32,000 nucleotides of DNA from positions 1,650,001 to 1,682,000 of the forward strand of contig CP006868.1 of NCBI GenBank assembly GCA_025340205.1, read 5' to 3'. Source of the stretch: Ignicoccus pacificus DSM 13166. GTDB lineage: Archaea > Thermoproteota > Thermoprotei_A > Sulfolobales > Ignicoccaceae. Each line of letters starts with the position of its first letter. The stretch's first letter is position 1. A program made the translations under genes and the position numbers. The notes beneath the pieces are model-generated. The model saw only the letters and a list, made by a program, of their open reading frames with translations, was not told the origin of the DNA and made no database searches. This document shows, in pieces, positions 26,454-32,000 of this stretch.

Positions 26454-28277
26454 GTGAGCGAGGAGCGTCAGCGAAGGCTCAGGCAACCTATAGTGGCCGT
26501 GCTAGGTCACGTCGATCACGGAAAGACTACCTTGTTAGATAAGATTAGGGGAACGACAGTAGCGGCCAAGGAGCCAGGGCAGATAACTCAGCACGTAGGA
26601 GCGAGTTTAGTACCATCAAATGTCATCGAAAAAGTTACTGAACCTCTGAAGAAATTGATACCGACGGTGAAGCTGGAGCTACCGGGCTTATTGTTTATTG
26701 ACACGCCAGGTCACGAGATATTTACAAATTTGAGAAAAAGAGGCGGCGCGGTTGCCGATCTAGCCATATTAGTCGTAGATATAATGGAAGGATTCCAACC
26801 GCAAACGTATGAAGCCGTTGAAATCCTTAAACAAAGGAAAGTGCCCTTCATCGTAGCAGCTAACAAGGTCGATAGGATACCCGGCTGGAGACCTAACCCA
26901 GACCAGCCCATATTGATAAGCATGAGGAAGCAAGATCCCTCCGTAATAGAGTTCATGGATAATCAGATATACAAGATTATGGGAGAATTGGCAAAAATGG
27001 GCTTCGATAGCGATAGATTCGACAGAATAAAGAATTACACTAGACAAATAGCGATAGTTCCCATATCCGCCAAGACTGGAGAAGGCGTGCCCGAACTACT
27101 GGCACTCCTAGCCGGATTGGCCCAGAGGTTCATGAAAGGAAAGCTCAAGTATGTTGAGGGACCAGCTAAGGGCGTAGTTATGGAAGTCAAGGAGGAACCC
27201 GGGTACGGATCCACAATTGATACCATAATTTATGATGGTATAATAAAGCAAGGTGACACAATAGTAGTCGGCGGAATCGAAGAACCGATAGTGACTAAGG
27301 TTAGGGCACTTCTGATACCAGAACCTCTGCAAGAGATAAGGGCTACCAAGAGGTTCAGAGCGGTTGATGAAGTAAGCGCAGCGGCAGGAGTGAAGATAGT
27401 TGCGCCCGGCCTCGACAAAGCGGTAGCCGGTGCACCAATATATGTAGTTGAAAGAGAGGAAGATTTGGAGAAGATAAAGGAGCAAGTCAAGAAGGAAGTC
27501 GAGGAGGTACTTATCGAGACCGATGCAGAGGGAGTAATAGTAAAGGCCGATACCTTAGGTACCTTGGAGGCTTTGGTTCAATTCTTAAGAAGTAGAAACA
27601 TACCGGTGAGGATGGCCAGAGTAGGTCCAGTCACCAAGAGAGACGTTATGGAAGCTATAGCTGTCAAGAGGCATAAGAAGGAATACGGTGTCATACTAGC
27701 CTTTAACGTCAAGGTGTTACCAGAAGCTAAGGAGCTGGCGGAGAAGGAGGGTATAAAGATCTTCCAGCACAACGTAATATACAAGCTCATTGAAGACTTT
27801 GAGGAGTGGTTGAATAAGCTTAAGGAAGAGGAGAGGCGGAAGGAGCTAGAGAAGCTAATTAGACCCGGAAAGATACGCATTCTTCCGGGTTTCGTCTTCA
27901 GAAGGAGCGATCCAGCTATCGTCGGAGTGGAGGTACTAGGAGGAACGATAAAGCCTGGCTACCCCTTAATGAAGGAGAGCGGTGAAAGGGTTGGATCAAT
28001 ACTTCAAATACAAGATAAAGGGAAAACAGTTCACGTAGCCAGAGCTGGGCAACAAGTAGCGATATCGATTAAGGGTAGAGTAATGGTGGGTAGACACATT
28101 CACGAAGGAGAAATACTCTATACAGACATACCTTCCTCACATGCGAGGCTCTGGCAGACGAAGTTCAGGAAGGAGTTAAGTGACGACGAATGGCATACGT
28201 TACAAGAGATCATAAAGATAAAGAGGAAACAAGATCCCCTCTACGGGCTTGCCATAGGTGCTTCAACCAATAAGTGA
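26454..28277 (+). CDS. infB: Translation initiation factor aIF5B/IF-2
   Basis: VLGHVDHGKTTLLDKIRGT, FIDTPGHEIFTNLRKRGG, AANKVDRIPGW; full-length 607 aa, no intein. Confidence 0.97.
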   Translation: MSEERQRRLRQPIVAVLGHVDHGKTTLLDKIRGTTVAAKEPGQITQHVGASLVPSNVIEKVTEPLKKLIPTVKLELPGLLFIDTPGHEIFTNLRKRGGAVADLAILVVDIMEGFQPQTYEAVEILKQRKVPFIVAANKVDRIPGWRPNPDQPILISMRKQDPSVIEFMDNQIYKIMGELAKMGFDSDRFDRIKNYTRQIAIVPISAKTGEGVPELLALLAGLAQRFMKGKLKYVEGPAKGVVMEVKEEPGYGSTIDTIIYDGIIKQGDTIVVGGIEEPIVTKVRALLIPEPLQEIRATKRFRAVDEVSAAAGVKIVAPGLDKAVAGAPIYVVEREEDLEKIKEQVKKEVEEVLIETDAEGVIVKADTLGTLEALVQFLRSRNIPVRMARVGPVTKRDVMEAIAVKRHKKEYGVILAFNVKVLPEAKELAEKEGIKIFQHNVIYKLIEDFEEWLNKLKEEERRKELEKLIRPGKIRILPGFVFRRSDPAIVGVEVLGGTIKPGYPLMKESGERVGSILQIQDKGKTVHVARAGQQVAISIKGRVMVGRHIHEGEILYTDIPSSHARLWQTKFRKELSDDEWHTLQEIIKIKRKQDPLYGLAIGASTNK

Positions 28278-28427
28278 GGGCGACTTTTTGATGATGAGTA
28301 AGGGAGTCAGGTGATCCAAAAGGAGATGACCGGAAACGGAACAGCTGAGACTATTTCCTTGCGCATCTTGGGCACAATGAGGATGCTAGAAAGGGGCGAG
28401 AGATGAGCGGAGGCCGGGCTCCGAGTG

Positions 28428-29447
28428 CTAAAAGGTTGGCTTACCACCGGACGCCTCAACGATCCTTCGAATTCTCTCGATAACGTCGTTGCTTTTGATG
28501 AAATCTATTACCTCGTCGTATGCTTCTCTAAGGTCCTTTTCACTTAATACGTGTAAGGCCATAGCAGCGTTCAAGCCCAAGAAGATGGCTTCTGGGACTT
28601 CTCCTCTAAAGGCCCTTAGAACCTTTTCCTTGGACTCTTCAACGCTGCTCACCCTTAATGGATCCAAGCTCTCTAAAGCTCTTGCTCCAAAGTCACTTAC
28701 ATCTACCACGCTCTTAGTAATCTCCCCGTCTTCAATTAAGTAAACTTGAGTAGTTGATATGGGAGAAACCTCATCAATACCCGGTCTTCCATGTATCACA
28801 GCAGCTCTCTTGATTCCTAAGGTACTTAGCGCCTTTGCCATGGGTTCTAGCATCCACTCCTTACTAACGCCGAGCACTTGGTAGCCTGGTCTCGCTGGGT
28901 TGCTTAGAGGTCCTATTAAGTTAAAGATAGTCCTTATCCCCAGCGCCTTTCGTACTGGCATCACGTTCTTCATGGCAGGGTGATACTTGGGAGCGAAGAT
29001 AAACGCAAAGTTACTTTTTGCTAAAGCTTTCTCAACCTCTTCTGGAGATAGATCGATCTTATAACCTAATGCTTCGAGAAGATCAGCACTTCCGCTAATT
29101 CCAGAGACGCTTCTGTTTCCATGCTTGACTACGGGATAACCCATAGCTGCCAAAAGAAATGCGGTAGCGGTACTTACGTTGAATAATGAGGCCTTATCCC
29201 CGCCCGTCCCTGCGGTGTCTAACGCTTCAGGGAAGGGGCCCACCTTGATTGCGAGATCTCTAAGCGCCTTGGCGAACCCTGCTATTTCATTGAAACCTTC
29301 ACCTTTACATCGCAACGCTACTAGGATAGCACTCTTCATTACGTCATCAATTTTGTTCTCTGCAATTGCTAAGGCCACATTATATGCATCCTCTAAAGAG
29401 AGATCCTTACCTGAAAGAAGGAGTTCGAGGAGTTCATTCCACTTCAC
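28428..29447 (-). CDS. trpD: Anthranilate phosphoribosyltransferase
   Basis: DTAGTGGDKASLFNVSTATAFLLAAMGYPVVKHGNRSVSGISGSADLLEALG; FNLIGPLSNPARPGYQVLGV. Confidence 0.93.
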   Translation of the reverse strand: MKWNELLELLLSGKDLSLEDAYNVALAIAENKIDDVMKSAILVALRCKGEGFNEIAGFAKALRDLAIKVGPFPEALDTAGTGGDKASLFNVSTATAFLLAAMGYPVVKHGNRSVSGISGSADLLEALGYKIDLSPEEVEKALAKSNFAFIFAPKYHPAMKNVMPVRKALGIRTIFNLIGPLSNPARPGYQVLGVSKEWMLEPMAKALSTLGIKRAAVIHGRPGIDEVSPISTTQVYLIEDGEITKSVVDVSDFGARALESLDPLRVSSVEESKEKVLRAFRGEVPEAIFLGLNAAMALHVLSEKDLREAYDEVIDFIKSNDVIERIRRIVEASGGKPTF

Positions 29448-29489
29448 GACTGTGTACCGAGGATAGGTAAAGGTAATTGTACAAAAAAG

Positions 29490-29579
29490 TTACTCCTTGG
29501 GCTTGCAGATGACAGGGGCGTTAGGGCCTTGGTCCTCGCAGACTAGAACGACCTCGTTGTTCTCGGTGTTCGCGCTCAT
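29490..29579 (-). CDS. Putative 29-aa microprotein upstream of trpD (not in the supplied ORF track)
   Basis: Manual translation: MSANTENNEVVLVCEDQGPNAPVICKPKE*. Preceded by GGTGG six nt before ATG and by TATA-like TTATATAG (29613-29620, minus) at promoter distance. Confidence 0.35.
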   Translation of the reverse strand: MSANTENNEVVLVCEDQGPNAPVICKPKE

Positions 29580-29612
29580 GAGGTTCCACCATGAGGCACA
29601 GTCTTGTGGGCA

Positions 29613-30368
29613 CTATATAAGCAAAGCGTTCAGTAACTCTAGTTGTGAAGCGAAATTCAATGCCTTGAACTTATCGGGGGTGTCGAAGGGCGAACCTAGG
29701 TACTTTGTAGCGCAACCTATCCATAACATTCCGTTATCCGTAAAGGACTCTTCACAAACTCCTATCCCATCCACCATGTAGATCGTTTTACAGTACTCGC
29801 CAAGTAGGTCGCTCGGAAAGTTAGCGAAGAATCGAGGGATGAAAATGAGCGTCCTCTTAGTTCTAAAGATAGATAGAGTGACAAGAGCGGTCATGCTGTG
29901 GGAAAAAGCGTACCACAGACCATCGTAAAACGTCACTATGCATATCTCATCACCTGGTTTAATGAAAACGTCAAGAAAACCACTGTAAGCATTTACCTTC
30001 ACCTCGGCATCAAACGCGCCCACCTTACTTGCGGTGAAGATCTTCTCTTTGTATTCTATGGGAACGGCAATGGCAGCTCCTTCTATGATGTTCGGAGTCC
30101 TAGGCAGGACAGATCCCTCAAAATATAGAATATTATCCAACGGTTGGATTCTATTTGAAATGATTCTTATCTTTCCAGAGAGAAACCCAGAGGGAAGACA
30201 AGGTATCCTATTTTCAGCAACTACGTGACAATTCCAGTCCTCCACGATTATTCCGGGCGTTTTTTCTTTGAAAACATCAAAATGAGACTTGATATATTTA
30301 GAACGTTCTTCTATTATCTTTAACGGTGACATGGTGAAGCTAGATAGCCTCGACGCCTCGGAGAGCAC
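29613..30368 (-). CDS. Uncharacterised 251-aa protein (true start perhaps slightly downstream)
   Basis: Intact ORF 23 nt downstream of the HyuB-like gene, same strand. Confidence 0.6.
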   Translation of the reverse strand: MLSEASRLSSFTMSPLKIIEERSKYIKSHFDVFKEKTPGIIVEDWNCHVVAENRIPCLPSGFLSGKIRIISNRIQPLDNILYFEGSVLPRTPNIIEGAAIAVPIEYKEKIFTASKVGAFDAEVKVNAYSGFLDVFIKPGDEICIVTFYDGLWYAFSHSMTALVTLSIFRTKRTLIFIPRFFANFPSDLLGEYCKTIYMVDGIGVCEESFTDNGMLWIGCATKYLGSPFDTPDKFKALNFASQLELLNALLI

Positions 30369-30391
30369 GTATTGGTACAGTTCGAAAAGCC

Positions 30392-31909
30392 TCAGACATG
30401 ACCACCCCCACCTGGAGTCTCTATGATGAAAACGTCGTCTGGTTCGAGTTCAACTGTATCGTAACCTCCTATGAGATACTCCGTCTGCTTCTTCACTATT
30501 CTCACATTCCCGGGCTTCCCTGGAGAGGCCTTAACTCCCGGGCTCGGATACTTTGTCCTTGACATCATTACAGTGACTTTTATTCTTTCTAAGGCCTTCC
30601 AAGACCTAATTAGACCATCACCCCCTTTTCTTCTGCCATAACCTCCGCTCCCCCTCCTTACCCTATATTGGAGAAAGAGTATGGGTAACTCTTGTTCTAG
30701 AACCTCTATTGGGGTATTCATGGTATTCGTCATTCCCCACTGGACAGCGTTCTCTCCGTCTTCGCGGGAGGTAGATGAACCTCCTCCACCGTTTGTCTCA
30801 TAATATACCTTATTTTTAGTAGAGATAACGACGTTGGCCATGGTTCCTGGACCACAAGAAGGAGCCTTATCGGTGGCACTCGCTAAAGCTATGAGGAGAG
30901 CCTCCAAGGCTCTCTGTGAAGTCTCCAAGTTCCCAGCGCCTACAGCTGCTGGATAATGAGGATTGAGTAAGCTACCCTCTCTGGTTTTAACGTCTATAGA
31001 ATCATACAGTCCTTGATCTACTGGTCCCTCTGGTACCGTTAGAGCCTTCAAGAAGAATGAGGTGGCGGCGTAAGGTATCCCTTCTACGGCGTTTACGTTC
31101 AAGGGAACCTCGTCGTCAGTAGGACTAAAATCAACTTTTAATAAATCATCTTCAATCTTGAGCCTAACTCCTATCTTAACGTCTTTGAGGGGCGTCTCCA
31201 GAATAGTTTCGCCAAAACCCTCGATACCCTCGAACTCACTTAGGTGTTTCGAATAAAGAGCTCTCGAAGACTCAATGAAACTGTCTATAGAATTTAATAT
31301 TAACTCCTTTGAGTACCTCTCCAAGAGCTCGTTAATTCTCCTTACGCCCTCTCTTAAGGAGGCTATCTGAGCTTTGACGTCTGAACGGAAGACCTTAGGG
31401 ACTCTTACTTGGGAAGCGAGCTCGTTCAGGACTTTCTCGTCAACCTCCCAACTCTTCGCTATTAGCGTTGGTTCTATGACTAGTCCTTCTTCATAAAGAG
31501 TCCTTGCCCTAGGATTTAGTGAGCCGGGAACAGGTCCGCCTACGTCTACGTGGTGCGCTTTATTGATTACCCACCCTAAGGGAGACTTCGTAATGACAGT
31601 GACGTCGTTTAGGTGAGTACCCGTAAGGTATGGATCATTCATTATTATGACGTCGCCTACCCCGAGCTCACCTATCTTTGCTTCTATCGCATTAAGTATT
31701 CTCTTGGATGCCCATGCTAGGCTTCCCAAATGCACCGGAATATGTTCCGCTTGGGCTGCAATTCTCCCGTCATCAGTTAGGAGAGCACACGACATGTCTA
31801 ATCTTTCTCTTATATTGGGGGACATAGAGGAATTTCGGAGGACTATCCCCATTTCCTCGGCTATGTAGCTTAGAGCTCTTTGTATTATTCCGACCTTCAA
31901 GTTATCCAA
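30392..31909 (-). CDS. hyuB: N-methylhydantoinase B / acetone carboxylase alpha-like (HyuB family)
   Basis: ALSYIAEEMGIVLRNSSMSPNIRERLDMSCALLTDDGRIAAQAEHIPVHLGS; GGGGSSTSREDG; YRVRRGSGGYGRRKGGDGLIRSW; ETPGGGGHV. Confidence 0.92.
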   Translation of the reverse strand: MDNLKVGIIQRALSYIAEEMGIVLRNSSMSPNIRERLDMSCALLTDDGRIAAQAEHIPVHLGSLAWASKRILNAIEAKIGELGVGDVIIMNDPYLTGTHLNDVTVITKSPLGWVINKAHHVDVGGPVPGSLNPRARTLYEEGLVIEPTLIAKSWEVDEKVLNELASQVRVPKVFRSDVKAQIASLREGVRRINELLERYSKELILNSIDSFIESSRALYSKHLSEFEGIEGFGETILETPLKDVKIGVRLKIEDDLLKVDFSPTDDEVPLNVNAVEGIPYAATSFFLKALTVPEGPVDQGLYDSIDVKTREGSLLNPHYPAAVGAGNLETSQRALEALLIALASATDKAPSCGPGTMANVVISTKNKVYYETNGGGGSSTSREDGENAVQWGMTNTMNTPIEVLEQELPILFLQYRVRRGSGGYGRRKGGDGLIRSWKALERIKVTVMMSRTKYPSPGVKASPGKPGNVRIVKKQTEYLIGGYDTVELEPDDVFIIETPGGGGHV

Positions 31910-31918
31910 TAATTCCCC

Positions 31919-32000
31919 CTATACGACGAGAGAAGTCCCCCCTATCATCCTGAGGCCTCTTGCCTCCGTCAAGGGGGTCGGCGCGCATGAGTATGTTAAG
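31919..32000 (-). CDS. C-terminal fragment of the gene upstream of hyuB, possibly HyuA (truncated by window edge)
   Basis: Frame open to the edge: ...LTYSCAPTPLTEARGLRMIGGTSLVV*; position fits the usual hyuA-hyuB order, but the fragment is too short for a firm call. Confidence 0.3.
   Translation of the reverse strand, partial: LTYSCAPTPLTEARGLRMIGGTSLVV

Noticed and set aside
28291-28348. Third possible C/D box sRNA after infB: ATGATGA (28291-28297) ... GAGATGA ... CTGA (28345-28348), 58 nt.
   Set aside because: Internal boxes are poor (D' only GTGA, C' GAGATGA, 8-nt spacer), there is no terminal stem, and the complements match no target I recognise. The same stretch also has a chance 26-31 aa ORF. 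It could be revisited with RNA-seq.
1-32000. CRISPR arrays, transposases/integrases, prophage genes, toxin-antitoxin pairs, tRNA/rRNA genes, inteins.
   Set aside because: No regularly spaced repeats, no mobile-element motifs and no tRNA-like sequences were noticed; aIF5B and HerA read through without an intein.

Overview
This is a gene-dense 32 kb chromosomal window from an archaeon, most likely a hyperthermophilic crenarchaeote. The evidence is the presence of aIF5B, L24e, S28e, NurA/HerA, archaeal PyrH and ThiD-ThiN, TATA-type promoters, GTG/TTG starts and short intergenic gaps. I see no CRISPR array, tRNA/rRNA gene, transposon or prophage. Recognisable genes include a MetE C-terminus (truncated), an M17 aminopeptidase, NurA and HerA (divergent), UMP kinase, LivF/G/M/H, an SDH/SppA-like serine protease, Ndk, L24e, S28e, two ParA/MinD-like ATPases, a fused class I fumarase, a GH130-like glycosidase, a secreted Lon-type (S16-like) protease, ThiD-ThiN, a TrkA-type K+ channel, aIF5B, TrpD and HyuB. 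The observations most worth a second look are: (1) a secreted Lon-like protease gene split by a +1 frame change lying exactly between the catalytic Ser and Lys, with canonical Ser-Lys spacing of 43 residues when the frame is restored; (2) two unannotated C/D box sRNA candidates, one of whose guides fit the helix 69-71 region of LSU rRNA; (3) a compact block of uncharacterised genes (197-4916) around a divergent MinD/ParA-like ATPase operon; (4) two small ORFs (54 and 29 aa) below the cut-off of the supplied ORF track; (5) tail-to-tail coding overlaps of about 57 bp. Functional assignments come from motif and family recognition by eye; no database search was run.
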